NCBI RefSeq assembly: GCF_001194135.2
Contig: NC_068988.1
Span: forward strand, 10,135,847-10,199,846
Direction of reading: 5' to 3'
DNA: 64,000 nucleotides
From: Octopus bimaculoides
Taxonomy: Eukaryota
The position numbers were made by a program, and so were the translations under genes. The notes beneath the pieces were generated by a model. It did no database searches. It was not told the origin of the DNA and saw only the letters and a list, made by a program, of their open reading frames with translations. This document shows, piece after piece, positions 1 through 13,165 of this stretch. Position 1 is the stretch's first letter, and every line of letters begins with the position of its first letter.

Positions 1-350
1 AAAACAATACCTATTGTCATAGGTGCCCTGGGAATGACAGCGAAACGGGCTGATTACTACCTAGCTCAGATACCAGGAAACCCCAAAATGGCTGAAGTTC
101 AAAAGATAATGCTCATGGGAACTGCCCATATCCTACGTAAAATACTGTCTATGTGATCTCAAATTTTAAAACAAACACATAATTTTCTTATGGTTTCTTA
201 AACATTCACTTGAACAAAACTGTACAAATCCAAATATATGGTACCCTAGGCATAACACCTACATGAACTTCTAACTTGTTGTCTCTTGAGGTCTCTGGGT
301 GAGACTTGGATCCAACTTGTACAAATGCAAAACAAAAGTCAAACATAAAA
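1..350 (+). mobile_element. R4/Dong-type non-LTR retrotransposon 3' end (subfamily A), runs off window start
   Basis: Frame 1 from base 1 reads KTIPIVIGALGMTAKRADYYLAQIPGNPKMAEVQKIMLMGTAHILRKILSM* (stop at 154-156), the typical C-terminus of RLE-clade ORFs (PIVIGALG...Q K..L.GTAHILR). A 3'UTR follows, then (TAA)n at about 351-390. Confidence 0.85.
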
Positions 351-390
351 TAATAATAATAATAATAGCAATAGTTATAATAATAATAAT

Positions 391-752
391 AAACCATACT
401 ATACGAAGAAAAAAATGCTTTCTAATTGAATGCTTTCTAATTAAAAGAAATGGAGAAACTTTCAAAATACAAAGACCTGGAAATAGAGGTAACTCGAATG
501 TGGAATCTAAAAACAGAAACAATTCCTATCATAGTAGACGCCTTAGGTATGATAAAAACATATTCAGACAAATACATAAGAAAAACACCAGGACTTACAA
601 ATATATATAACATACAGAAAATTGCACTACTGGGCACTGCACACATCCTACGCAAAACGCTTCCAATACAGTAACCATAAGAGCATCACAGCAAACCACA
701 GGACATACCCAAGGCACACAGAGCTGCACTCGGTAGTGAATAAAACTACTGA
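391..752 (+). mobile_element. R4/Dong-type retrotransposon, 5'-truncated (subfamily B)
   Basis: ORF 450-674 MEKLSKYKDLEIEVTRMWNLKTETIPIIVDALG...QKIALLGTAHILRKTL contains the RLE K..KY motif. It ends ACTACTGAA followed by (TAA)n, with TAA repeats on both flanks. It is homologous to the copies at 42131 and 58843. Confidence 0.9.
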
Positions 753-782
753 ATAATAATAACAACAACAACAGCAATAATA

Positions 783-813
<31 letters not shown>

Positions 814-849
814 AGTATGATAATGATGATGATGATGATGATATTATTA

Positions 850-910
<61 letters not shown>

Positions 911-912
911 CA
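753..912. repeat. Compound trinucleotide microsatellite (AAT/AAC then GAT then ATT)
   Basis: Directly visible; the repeat switches from TAA to TTA orientation around 841. Confidence 0.95.
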
Positions 913-2219
913 TTCCTAGCATTTGTAATTTATATAAATTATTCCTGTGTAAGTTACTAATTTGCAACTATTCATTCTCAAAACTTCTACGTTATTTCAC
1001 GCTGAATTCACTCTGATTGCGTTATTTGTGTATACGCCATTTGGAGAAAAGTTCACTGTATTTATACAACGTGTAAAAACAACAGTATAAGGTCAGCGTT
1101 TTGTCAATATTTTGGTATGAATACAAATTATCTGTTCATCACGCCGATGAGAATTTAGAAGAAAACGGAAATGTCAAAAAAACATATATGCGATAACAAA
1201 AATGAAAAGATCAAGATGCAAAAATAGTAAGCAACAATTTCTTGAAAGTTGCAAGGTAATATAAATTTATTATGCTTTTTTATCATTAAAATAAAGAATT
1301 ATTTAAAATATCGGCTGCACCATTATTGATATTGTACAAAACATTGTGATTAATTTAGATCGCATTCCGCATTTCCTTTTAAAATAAAATTATATGAGTT
1401 TTCAACGGTTTTCCAAAATACATACAAATGCATTTATATATATGTGTGTGTGTGCGTGTATATNNNNNNNNNNNNNNNNNNNNNNNNNNNNNNNNNNNNN
1501 NNNNNNNNNNNNNNNNNNNNNNNNNNNNNNNNNNNNNNNNNNNNNNNNNNNNNNNNNNNNNNNNNNNNNNNNNNNNNNNNNNNNNNNNNNNNNNNNNNNN
1601 NNNNNNNNNNNNNNNNNNNNNNNNNNNNNNNNNNNNNNNNNNNNNNNNNNNNNNNNNNNNNNNNNNNNNNNNNNNNNNNNNNNNNNNNNNNNNNNNNNNN
1701 NNNNNNNNNNNNNNNNNNNNNNNNNNNNNNNNNNNNNNNNNNNNNNNNNNNNNNNNNNNNNNNNNNNNNNNNNNNNNNNNNNNNNNNNNNNNNNNNNNNN
1801 NNNNNNNNNNNNNNNNNNNNNNNNNNNNNNNNNNNNNNNNNNNNNNNNNNNNNNNNNNNNNNNNNNNNNNNNNNNNNNNNNNNNNNNNNNNNNNNNNNNN
1901 NNNNNNNNNNNNNNNNNNNNNNNNNNNNNNNNNNNNNNNNNNNNNNNNNNNNNNNNNNNNNNNNNNNNNNNNNNNNNNNNNNNNNNNNNNNNNNNNNNNN
2001 NNNNNNNNNNNNNNNNNNNNNNNNNNNNNNNNNNNNNNNNNNNNNNNNNNNNNNNNNNNNNNNNNNNNNNNNNNNNNNNNNNNNNNNNNNNNNNNNNNNN
2101 NNNTATATATATAAGCATGTATACCTATATATGGTAATATATGTACCTAAAATATTTATATATAAATACTTTATAATGTAATATAATATGGCATACATAT
2201 ATATGATGTGTATATGCAT

Positions 2220-2236
2220 ATTATTATTATTATTGC

Positions 2237-2294
<58 letters not shown>

Positions 2295-2320
2295 GTTGTT
2301 GTTGTTGTTGTTGTTGTTGT
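2220..2320. repeat. (TTA)n then (TTG)n microsatellite
   Basis: Directly visible; source of the poly-Leu pseudo-ORF 2188-2427. Confidence 0.95.
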
Positions 2321-3499
2321 GTAGTTATAATTTACATATCATACGTATTATGCGCTTATTTTTTAACATATTACAATTAGCTGCGAAATGGATAAATGAA
2401 ATTACATATTTTCTTTTCAGCTCATAACTCATGCTTGCTGGTTTACGGTTATACCGCGTCTCCCATTAATTATTCCGTTTCGCGAGTCACTTATGTATCG
2501 AGTTGTAGTTGGATGATAGTAGTCATCAAATTTCCTCATAAAACGCTGATGAGATATTTTTTTACAGTTATTTGTTCTTTGACAATAATTGAAACTGCGT
2601 GATACTTCTCAATTTACGTTTTCAATTGCATTCACTGAGATGTATCATTTTAAATGTATAATACCTAAAACTTTAAATTGCATATATAATTTATAATGAC
2701 AAAAGTTTCTAACGCATCCGGTTTCACATAACTTTGTGGCAAGGTATTTGTATGATTGTCACAAATATATATATTTCAATTGACGTAGCTATTGCGAATT
2801 GAAAGCTGTGTAAATATATATTTTTGTTTTAAAGAAAACTACACCGGCAGTTATCTCCTTCATTGGTTAAGGGATAGAATTAATGATGCTTTGTTTATTA
2901 TGATCTGTATAGCGTAAAGATGTTTTTCATCTTTGTAGTGTCATGAATCAGCAATTAGCGTCTTGCCATACTGCGAATAGAATCAGAAATTTCAACTTTC
3001 ACCTGATGCTAAGACTATCCTTTCAGACATGTCTTCAAGCTATATTTGTTTCGACACTTTTATTAAATCTCCACTAACTTTTACACCGGACACGTTAACA
3101 AAGAAACATCGAAATAAGTGCGCTGTGCTAAGATATTATCTTACAATAATTCATCTTAGAACTATATTTGTCTCTATGTACAAAACAAATAAATAAAATC
3201 AATACTGTGCTCACTTATTCCATTCCGTTGTCAATGTATAGCACCACCAGTAAAATCTGATTAACGCAAAAGTACAGTGTACTCAAGAAAACACCAAGGA
3301 ACAATAATAATGACATTACGTACAACATTTTAAGGAGACCACAAGTGCAAAAATGTAGTAAGTCTATAATTCCAATACTCACATAAGAACACGAGGAAAA
3401 CTATTCGTATTAGAAATATATATGTCCCTATACGCAAAGAGTTTCCTTGTATATAAGGTGAAATACAATTTAGTTGAGTTAAACTTGTTTTATTTTATA

Positions 3500-3551
<52 letters not shown>

Positions 3552-3554
<3 letters not shown>

Positions 3555-3900
3555 TAGCAGAGATACTCAGCGTTGCTCGGGATTAAAATGGCATAGTTTT
3601 TAAACAATATATTACAGTTGTGTTGTAATATGTAATATGGGAAAGTGCAGCATTGAGAACAAAACATTTGTGGAGTAAATGATGGGCTAATTCGAGTAAG
3701 CATCATGCTACGCGTCCGTTTGGAGTATCTGAGGCCCTAACTTGTCATGGAAAAAAATTTTGGGCGGTATGTGATTTTTGAACGCAACGAAAAGCTTTCT
3801 CTTTCGCAGCAGTCGGCGCTGCGTCTACCACAACCCATCATTTGAAAATTTGACACTTCCTTCGGGATTCTTGTCGTATATTACTCATAAAGTAAATTTG
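3552..3900 (+). mobile_element. Possible non-autonomous Helitron-like element end
   Basis: TACTAGCAGAGATACTCAGCGTTGCTCGGG next to an (AT)n run resembles the ACTAG...CCCGGCG termini of Lep1/HINE-type elements; a higher-GC body follows. Right boundary uncertain. Confidence 0.35.
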
Positions 3901-5412
3901 GAGGAAATGTGGTTGTTCATTTGTGGGTAACATGGAATCTACGAGGTGATAGACCTACCCTTGAACATTGACGTCGGCATAAATTCATGTTTATCTATCT
4001 TTTTAGATGAATTAAACAATGCCAACATTTCATAAAACTGGCAAAGGGAGAAGGTAACAAAATAAGCACCAAAATCACTATAATCTTCACTAGAATCACT
4101 GATATAAGACCTCATCTAAAGCCTCATCTGTCTACATGCTGTATTTAAGCATATATGTATTGTGTGTATATGTATTTCGAGTTTTGAAATGAACCTATGT
4201 TAACGTAAGCGGCAATATAAAGCATGGTCTGCTATGAAGAAATAGCACAAAAAACTATCAATAAACATTTGCAAAAATATGTCAATGAAGGTAATTTCTT
4301 TTTTACTGCATATACCGATATTTAAACATGTTTCGATATAATTATTTTTCTCAACTAAAATGAATACAAAATCAAATTTTCTAACGAATGAAACATTGGT
4401 TTAACATTTCACTTCTACTTTTAGCTGCAGAACGAACAAGTATGTATGGTACAACATCTAACCATTGGTAGTTCTTCGCGAAATACTTCTACAATAGTAG
4501 GAGATTATGTAAAACATCTATTCAGCTCTCATTTGCTTTGGATTTTCATTTATTGTCCCATGTCATTCATACTGCTGAAAACACATTAAAAAACACACGC
4601 ATACATAATTACACATCTGTGTCCATGTATTTATGTACATATGCAAGAAAATGTATGTATACATATATGCTTGTTTCTATACTAAAGATCGTGTGCACAT
4701 GCATAAATATATATATATATGTATGTGTTTAAATATTTATATGCATATATATGTATAAACCTGTGTACGTGTATCTGCAGAAATATATATTACGTATACA
4801 TTAAATTATATCTGATTCGAAGATATTATTGAGGAAATTATTTTCACAGCTTTTCATAGAATGATCATAGCCTCTGCTTTGCAAAACTTATAACCAAGAT
4901 CATATCTGTTTGACACAAAAGTTCTCAGAATAAATAAGTTTACGAATAGCCGCAAACACTAGACATATATTAATTATCAATCTGTATGATTTCTTTAACA
5001 TCAATGAAAAGAAAACTGTACACATCAAGAAATCTAAAAGAAGAGGTATGTTCCTTTATATTCGATTTCAGAGTTTCGCTTCGTCATTATATTAAGCAAA
5101 CCATAATTGACATAAAAGCCATTTTTTCTACTTTCACTATCTACAAATCTGTTCTTGAAGTCATGAATTATATGATAAAAATAGGTTCGGTACATTAGTT
5201 ACTGATGATTTGGTATATAGTTATGTCTAGCTGTGTCTATTCTTGCGTTGCACATAAAATCAGATATACGCTTATATATTCATACATACATTGTTATATA
5301 CGTAAATTCATATTGAAAAAGTGCATATAAATTATAGCAATATACATAGAAATAAAATTACTTATACGTATCATTATATAAGTGTACACATGTACATATA
5401 AACATATAGGTG

Positions 5413-5534
<122 letters not shown>

Positions 5535-6474
5535 TATATTTTATGTCTCTATCTATATATATACATATGCATATATATATGCATACATACATATACATAT
5601 ATATGTATGTATATATATATGTATATATATGCGTATATGAATTGTGTGTATGTATATATCTATATGTTTATGCAAACATAATAGCCCTATTTACGTATGA
5701 ATGTGCTTGCGATAGTATATATATAAATGTATATGTGTATATTTGTGTGTACTTGTGTGATTATGTTTGTTTGCGTTTGCCTGTATGTGTGCGAGTGAGT
5801 GAGTGTACCTGCAAACATAAAACACTCTTTTACATTTGTAGTGGCAGCTACATCCTTGTGTGGCATTGTCTGACGCTGTGTCCATGAAATTTATACATCT
5901 TTGGAAGTAGCTAATTTTATCAAATCATATACACACAGAGACATATAGTCTTTTATACGATATGCACGCACACAATATACAAGCACAGCTGCACAGACAC
6001 ACACACAGCCACACGCACACAAGCATACAACAAGAAGGCCTACAAGTGCGTTCAGACACACACACATTGTATGTCTGTGTGTATGAATCTCTGTATCTTG
6101 TGTGGTGTACATATGGGAATGAACGTCCAAATATGTGAACAATTTCTTTCTCATAAATCTAACATCAATATTGTTTGCACTTTATCTTTGTTCTTGTGCA
6201 CGAGACGGTTGTCTACCTATAACAATGAATATTGGGAAGAAATATTTTGCCGACGCACGTAACCACCCAGCTGCTCGCCGCGCAGACACACATAAACTGT
6301 TTATTAATTGAACCTTTTCAATAGGAAGCACTAACTTCACTCTCACTAATTGAAACACCCATAGCAACCTCATGATAAATAATAGCGGATATGATGGAAA
6401 GAATCTGTCTCCTCAAATTGTTCTGTAGCTATAATANNNNNNNNNNNNNNNNNNNNNNNNNNNNNNNNNNNNNN

Positions 6475-6520
<46 letters not shown>

Positions 6521-6618
6521 CACATTGCTTATATGCATGTTTGTATACATTTGTACACCCCACACACACGCGTACACACACAGAGAGACACAGATGTATA
6601 TATTCGTGTACGAGTCTT

Positions 6619-6653
<35 letters not shown>

Positions 6654-7329
6654 GTGAAGATCGATAGATATGCATATAAATATTGCATGTGTGTGTGAGA
6701 GAGAGACAGAGAGAGCGAGAGTGAGGAAGAAAGAGAATGACTATCTGTGTATATATAGAGTGAAGTGATATATAGATTTATACATGAAGAAAACGAAGAC
6801 AGGTTTGAAAGAAAGCTATTTCTACTTTTATTTTATGCATCAAAGCTTAGTGAAATCAAGCTGATTGCACTAACCTGATAATGACATGCTTCGGTATATT
6901 TTAATACGGATATTTGAAACATTAGGATATAATTTATGTCACAGGGCAGAAGAGGAGTAGTAAAGTTATTATTAAATTTCAGCTCTTTGTATGATAAATA
7001 CATTAGCATTAATTCTGGTTAAACTAGAGTTGACAGGTGTCGTTGAAGTGTTCCGATGAGAGGAGCGGGAAAAGATTATGTGATATGTTACCGACCGGAA
7101 AAAATTTCGAACTTAATTTCTTTGCCGTATTTAAATTCAAATTTTGTGATTGTATGAATAAGTTTTCCAGGTATATATGTTTAACAACTCATAGTTATAT
7201 TCAGAGATAGAAACTTATTACTTAAAGCCTTTTGTAAGCACCCTTGGACGTGTAGCAGCAACAAAAAATGGACTTGATACATCAGATAATTTCAGTCTAA
7301 TTTTTAATCAATCGTAATTATTAGCTCCA

Positions 7330-7446
7330 CCAATATTCTTTTTATGAGGCCACTGATATGAGGCCCACTTGCTAGATCAACTGGTTATCAAATAAAGCTC
7401 AATATTCTTATGAGGCCCACTTGCTAAATCAACTGGTCATAAAATA
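7330..7446. repeat. Local tandem duplication of about 58 bp
   Basis: TATGAGGCCCACTTGCTA(G/A)ATCAACTGGT occurs twice, each preceded by CAATATTCTT. Confidence 0.8.
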
Positions 7447-7671
7447 ATGCTGCTGCTGTTACTGTTTTTGCAATTATGCTCAAGACACCAAGAGAGAGCT
7501 CTCATCACACAGATACATGGTCAAAGTTCCTCCAGATATGACCATCCTGTCTTATTTTTCCAGGCATTGTGTACTAACTTTGAATACATTATCCAAGATA
7601 TAACTTTTCTTTGAAGACATTATAGTGAGAGTTCATGGTGATCTGACTGTTACTTCTAGCAAAGCTCATTC

Positions 7672-7735
7672 ATCATCACCATCATTTAACGTCTGTTGTC
7701 CATACTGGTATGGGGTGGATGGTTTGACAAGCGCT
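7672..7735 (-). mobile_element. Short 3'-end fragment of an RTE-type LINE/SINE
   Basis: CATCATCACCATCATTTAACGTCTGTTGTCCATACTGGTATGGGGTGGATGGTTTGAC resembles the reverse complement of a common octopus retroelement tail ending in (GAT)n; recognised from memory only. Confidence 0.45.
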
Positions 7736-7790
7736 GGCGAGCTGGCGACGGTGTTGTTGTTTATAGCTATATTTTAATCAATACACACGT

Positions 7791-8620
7791 CCCTTCCTCA
7801 GAACTTTCCAGGGAGTAATTAATCCCCATCCCTTTCCCCGGAACATACCAGGAAGTAATTCATCCCGCTCCTCCCCTTCTTCCCCTCATCGGAACTTTCC
7901 AGGAAGTAAATCATCTCCATCCTCCCCTTCTGACGAAGAACTTTCCAGGAAGTAATTCGACACCTCGTCCCCTTCCTCCTCCCTCAGAACTCTCCAGGAA
8001 GTAATTCATCTCCCTCCTCCCCTTCCTCAGAACTTTCCAGGAAGTATTTCATCCCCCACCTCCGCTTCTCCCTCCCCTCCTTGGAATATTCTAGGAAGTA
8101 ATTCATCCAACTCTTCCACTTTCTCGGAACTATCCAGGAAATGCTTAGTACCCCTCCCCTTCCCCGGAACTTTCCAGGAAGTAATTCATACCCTGCTCCC
8201 CTTCCTCGAAACTTTCCAGGAAGTAATTCATCCACTCTTCCCCTTCTCCGGTACATTCTAGGAAGTAATTCATGCCCCTCCTCCCATTCCTGGGAACTTT
8301 CCAGGAAGTAATTCATGACCCACTTCCCTTTCCACCCATCCTCCTTTTCTTCTCCTCGGAACTTTGCAGGAAGTAATTCACTCATCCTCCTCTTCCTACA
8401 CTTCTTCGGAAATTTCCCGGTAGTAATTAATTCTCCTCCCCCTTTCCTCGGAACTTTCCTGGAAGTAATTCATTCCCGGCCTCACCTGCCTCGGAAGTTT
8501 CCAGGAAGTAATTCATCCAGAACCCCTCCTTCGGAACTTTCCAGGAAGTAAATTATGTTCCTCCTCTCCTACCCTTCCTCCGAACTTTCCAGGAAGTAAT
8601 TCATAACCATCCTCCCCTCA
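7791..8620. repeat. Minisatellite, 18 units, conserved core GGAACTTTCCAGGAAGTAATTCAT with variable C/T-rich linkers
   Basis: 18 core copies counted by eye at roughly 40-65 bp spacing. The + strand linkers are CCT-rich. ORFs 7984-8385(-) and 8315-8551(+) are repeat translations. Confidence 0.95.
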
Positions 8621-9547
8621 AATTTCCCTCTCTGGAATGTTGAAGATTCATTCCTCCCCTTCACTCTCTTAAATACCCCTCTCTGGAAGCACATGACTAT
8701 AACTTTGTTTCTCAAAATACATCAGCAATGAGACTTGAAACAAGGATCCACTAGATTGTGCCTTAACTAAATTTAGAAAGATATATACCTTAATATATAT
8801 ATAGACTAATTGAATAAAAAAGCAATTCAACTTCTATATATTAAAATAAATATATATTTTATTTGAATATATAACCATTCTCTCTAATACTCACTATTCT
8901 TGCCTGTATTACTTCTCATATTTCTTTCTTTCTTTCTTTCTTTCCTTCCTTCCTTCCTTCCGTCGTTATTTCTCCGAGTCTTACAGTATTTGTATGTATA
9001 TACATGTGGGTGAAGCGTGTGTGTGTGTGAGTAAAACAGTTAACTTTTATGTACTAAATGTTGTATACGATAAATTGTTACATAAAATGTTTGTGTCAGA
9101 TGGAGCAGAAGAGCAAAACTTACCGATAAAACTCAGAAACAGTGAATTAGCAGCGGAGAAAGTTTCCAAGGAAAACGGAAAATAAGTTTCTCTGAACCAC
9201 GTTTCGGTAAAAATTAGAGAATGACAATTTGTGTCGGAGAATTGGGAGACATAAGAATGAATTTTGAACTTGGTGTTATCTGAATTGCATAACATATGTA
9301 CTGCAGATTTCAAGTATTATAGACAGGTTCACTCGTTAAGAAATATTACAGTACATAACTGGCTAATGTGAGTTTTCTTAACATATATTCAAGACCTGAC
9401 AAACTATCTCAAAAGAGCCTGTTGCATGAATTCAAAGAGTTCATTATTGAATTGCCTGTACGCTGTATGCTGAATTTGTATAGTTTCTGATACTTCCATG
9501 GGTAGTAGATTGACAAGCATAGTAAAATATATAGGTAATAAAATTAC

Positions 9548-9708
9548 CTGGATAAGGTACGAATTTGCCCATATGTATCCTCTATTTTGAAAAAAGGAAT
9601 ATTGAATTTACAATTAATATTTGTTGATATAATTGAAAATCCTATCTGGTAATACAACTTATCGTCTGAAGTATAATTTGTGCATGGCAGTGAAGTTGCA
9701 TGTGGTTT
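9548..9708 (-). CDS. Candidate coding exon, unknown product
   Basis: CATTCAG| acceptor, 161 nt open in one frame (KPHATSLPCTNYTSDDKLYYQIGFSIISTNINCKFNIPFFKIEDTYGQIRTLS), CAG|GTAATT donor. No recognisable homology. Confidence 0.2.
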
Positions 9709-9826
9709 CTGAATGTGATTACGTTTATGAAGAAAAATATTATATGCAATCAAAGAATGCAGAGAAATCCAAACAAGATATATTAAAATAAAATTTAAAA
9801 AAAAGAAAAAATCAAGCGTCTTTCTC

Positions 9827-9989
9827 AGACGCAGGTGTGGCTGTGTTGTATGGAGCTTGTCTACCAACCACATGGTTCCGGGTTCATTCCTACTGCGTGG
9901 CACCTTGGGCAAGTGTCTTCTACTATAGCCTCGGGCTGACCAAAGCTTTGTGAGTGCATTTGGTAGATGGAAACTGAAAGAAGCCCGTC

Positions 9990-10033
<44 letters not shown>

Positions 10034-10247
10034 ATATGTTTGTGTGTCTGTCTATCTTCCCCCAACATCTCTTGACAATCGATGGTGGTGTGTTTACGTC
10101 CCCGTAACAAAGCGGTTCGGCAAAAGAGACCGATAGAATAAGTACTAGGCATCCAAAGAATAAGTCCTGGCGTCGATTTGCTCGACTAAAGGCAGTGCTC
10201 CAGCATGGCCACAGTAAAATAACTGAAACAAGTAAAAGAGTAAAAGA
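9827..10247 (+). mobile_element. tRNA-derived SINE, family B (microsatellite-containing), full length
   Basis: Head GCAGGTGTGGCTGTGTTG...GGTTCATTCC (degenerate A/B boxes), body CACCTTGGGCAAGTGTCTTCT...GAAAGAAGCCCGTCG, central (TA)n, 3' half ending AAAGAGTAAAAGAG. Homologous to 46767-47382 and 55346-55520. Confidence 0.9.
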
Positions 10248-10742
10248 GGTTATTCATAACCGATTTTCTTATTCTGGAACATATTCTCATGTACTCTTCT
10301 GTCAATCGCATCCCGTTCTTCGTTAACGAGGAATCTAGAAATAGACATTTGCGAAAGCCATTGCCCGCAAGCAAAACAACATCAACACAGCAACAAGAAA
10401 CTATTGCCATTATAGGAACAAGCGTATGAATGACCGGATCGTTACTCATTAAAATTCTGGCATTAACACAAATGATTGCAATTTCATGTGACCCACAGCA
10501 TAAGGTTGAAATGATTTAGATGAATGATATTAGAGAATTTTGGAACTTGGAGCATTGAAATTCAAGTCCATTTCATTAACCGATATTAATACGGTGATGA
10601 TGACAGTTTGTGCTGTTTATATCATAAGGACTCTCAATGGCTTTGATGTATGTTTCATCAGCACCAGTTAAGAGAATTAATGATGTAATACTAGAAGATG
10701 TATGCAAGTGCATATTTGTGAATACGTGTGAGCGAGGATGCG

Positions 10743-10776
<34 letters not shown>

Positions 10777-10866
10777 CATATATACATGTGTGTGTAGGAG
10801 TGGGCGTGAGTGTATATGTATATGTATGTATACGTAGTTTCTATATATTCATATACGTACATATAC

Positions 10867-10901
<35 letters not shown>

Positions 10902-11321
10902 NNNNNNNNNNNNNNNNNNNNNNNNNNNNNNNNNNNNNNNNNNNNNNNNNNNNNNNNNNNNNNNNNNNNNNNNNNNNNNNNNNNNNNNNNNNNNNNNNNN
11001 NNNNNNNNNNNNNNNNNNNNNNNNNNNNNNNNNNNNNNNNNNNNNNNNNNNNNNNNNNNNNNNNNNNNNNNNNNNNNNNNNNNNNNNNNNNNNNNNNNNN
11101 NNNNNNNNNNNNNNNNNNNNNNNNNNNNNNNNNNNNNNNNNNNNNNNNNNNNNNNNNNNNNNNNNNNNNNNNNNNNNNNNNNNNNNNNNNNNNNNNNNNN
11201 NNNNNNNNNNNNNNNNNNNNNNNNNNNNNNNNNNNNNNNNNNNNNNNNNNNNNNNNNNNNNNNNNNNNNNNNNNNNNNNNNNNNNNNNNNNNNNNNNNNN
11301 NNNNNNNNNNNNNNNNNNNNN

Positions 11322-11374
<53 letters not shown>

Positions 11375-11682
11375 AAACACACACTGAAACGTATGCTTGT
11401 GTGTCAGACGGTGAGATGGTGAGTGCAGCTATCTATATTTGTATAGCTTGATGCAATCACGCACGTACTTGTCAGTAACACGAAGCGAAGCATATTTGCA
11501 TGGATATAGTGCAGATAATAATAGTTTAACCTAATCTGTAAAAACGAACTTGGAAGAATACATAAAAAGATGCAAAATGTATTTTCTTCTCGCGTTTGTG
11601 TGTGTGTGTGTGCGTGCGTAGAATATAATTAAGATTCAGTTGAAATATGTTCTTAAATTGAAGCACGACGCCAGTTCGGTTC

Positions 11683-11742
11683 ATGTCGCGCAGCGCGAAG
11701 TCAGGTGCAAATATAAAGCAAATAAGTAACAAGGATGTCCAG
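11683..11742 (+). CDS. Candidate first coding exon, unknown product
   Basis: ATG to CAG|GTATCA: 60 nt, MSRSAKSGANIKQISNKDVQ, in a locally GC-richer patch. A possible upstream 11-nt mini-exon CAG|ACGGTGAGATG|GTGAGT lies near 11408. Confidence 0.2.
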
Positions 11743-12419
11743 GTATCAGTGCATTACGGCTGTTTGAAGCGGCTCCATTTAATCGATCGATGAAAACATT
11801 ACATCAATTTAAAAGAATCCGCTCTTCACGAATGTGGGTAGCCATATAGATTTCGTACATGAAGGATAAATCATTTTTTGCAAAATTCATATCAGTTATA
11901 GAAACCGAAATAATGCATTGATTCTTTTGTTATATTTGTAGTAGAATGAATTTAGAGAAAAAAATATGTAGCGTGCTAAGTTTACTATAATTTAGAGCGT
12001 AGCAAAGGAAGATAGTGGGGGGGGGGTCAAGACATAGGAGTGGTGAGATAGTTATTTATAACTATTTAAAAAATTTATTTATAAGATTTTATGCAGAATA
12101 TAATCTATAAATATTTAGAATTAAATCTTACTGGAAGTTGCCTTCTATGTTCCAGTTGATGGTGATAAATTAATTAATGCTATACAACTTCCCAGACCCG
12201 TTTTTTACTAGGACCATATATCTAGCGTTATGTACATAAAAAGATATGTCTCAGAGTTGCTATTCAGAGAATGACTGATGGAGAAGTGGTGATAACTCGA
12301 AGACGGAAGAGTACGGGTGTCTAGCACCTATTTAGATTGTCAAATAAAAGGGGAATATAGTAAACTCAAAGGAAGTAAAAATAAGCTCTAATGGTGGGAA
12401 TAATAATTGAGATATACAG

Positions 12420-12520
12420 GACGAGATCTAGAACAATTCGCTGTAGAACAAGAGGCCGTTGGACTATTCGCCGTAAGACAATGCACGTACGGAAAATTTC
12501 GCCGCAAGGACATTTTGTGG
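12420..12520. repeat. Degenerate ~15-bp tandem motif GGACAATTCGCCGTA, probable DNA-transposon subterminal repeat
   Basis: Units GAACAATTCGCTGTA, GGACTATTCGCCGTA and GGAAAATTTCGCCGCA are visible at about 15-bp period. Confidence 0.5.
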
Positions 12521-12619
12521 TAAAGTATAAGAAAAGAAGGATAAAAAATAATAAAAATAATGGTGGTGCATGTCTGTGTATGTGATTGTATGTTGGATAT
12601 ATTTACGGATATAGTACTT

Positions 12620-13165
12620 ACACTTGCTAGTTTGCACATACATAACGACACTAAGCACACGGCGAAGTCTACCAAAAGATGAATTGTCAATCGCAATATA
12701 AAATTATTAGAATGGCCAAGCCAGTCACCTGACTTGAACCCCATTGAAAATCTGTGGCGTTATTTGAAAATTGAAATTAATCCAAAAGCCCCAACGTGCA
12801 TTCCAAATTTGAAAAAAAATTGTCAAGAAGAATGGGAAAAAATTCCTAAAGAAACATGTAAGTCACTGATTAAGAACTACAACAAGTGATTGGTTGAAGT
12901 GGAACTGAATAATTGTTATGATACGAAGTATTAAATCAGAATTATCAGTTATTTATGTTCTGTACGAATACGTTTTTCACCCCTAAATATTTATAATTCT
13001 ATATAATTTCATTAGTTACTATAATTTATTAGTTTCTTTTGCATATTCTTACTTTATGCATGTATATGCAAATATAGTATTGGTATATCCTATTTATGCT
13101 CATTAGAAATTAACTAAATAAAGAATTTTGACATCTACGAATATTTATCCCCCCCCCCCAACTGT
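12620..13165 (+). mobile_element. Tc1/mariner (DD34E) transposon, 3' fragment with right IR/DR terminus
   Basis: Translation from 12643: [38 protein letters not shown]...CQEEWEKIP...KY*. It has the diagnostic [11 protein letters not shown] motif and two in-frame stops. It terminates ...CAACTG|TA at about 13165, with related TACGAATA...CCCC motifs near 12962 and 13136. Confidence 0.92.

Noticed and set aside
7791-8620. CRISPR-like appearance (constant repeat plus variable spacers)
   Set aside because: The spacers are all related CCT-rich degenerate sequence of irregular length, the context is eukaryotic and there are no cas genes; it is a minisatellite.
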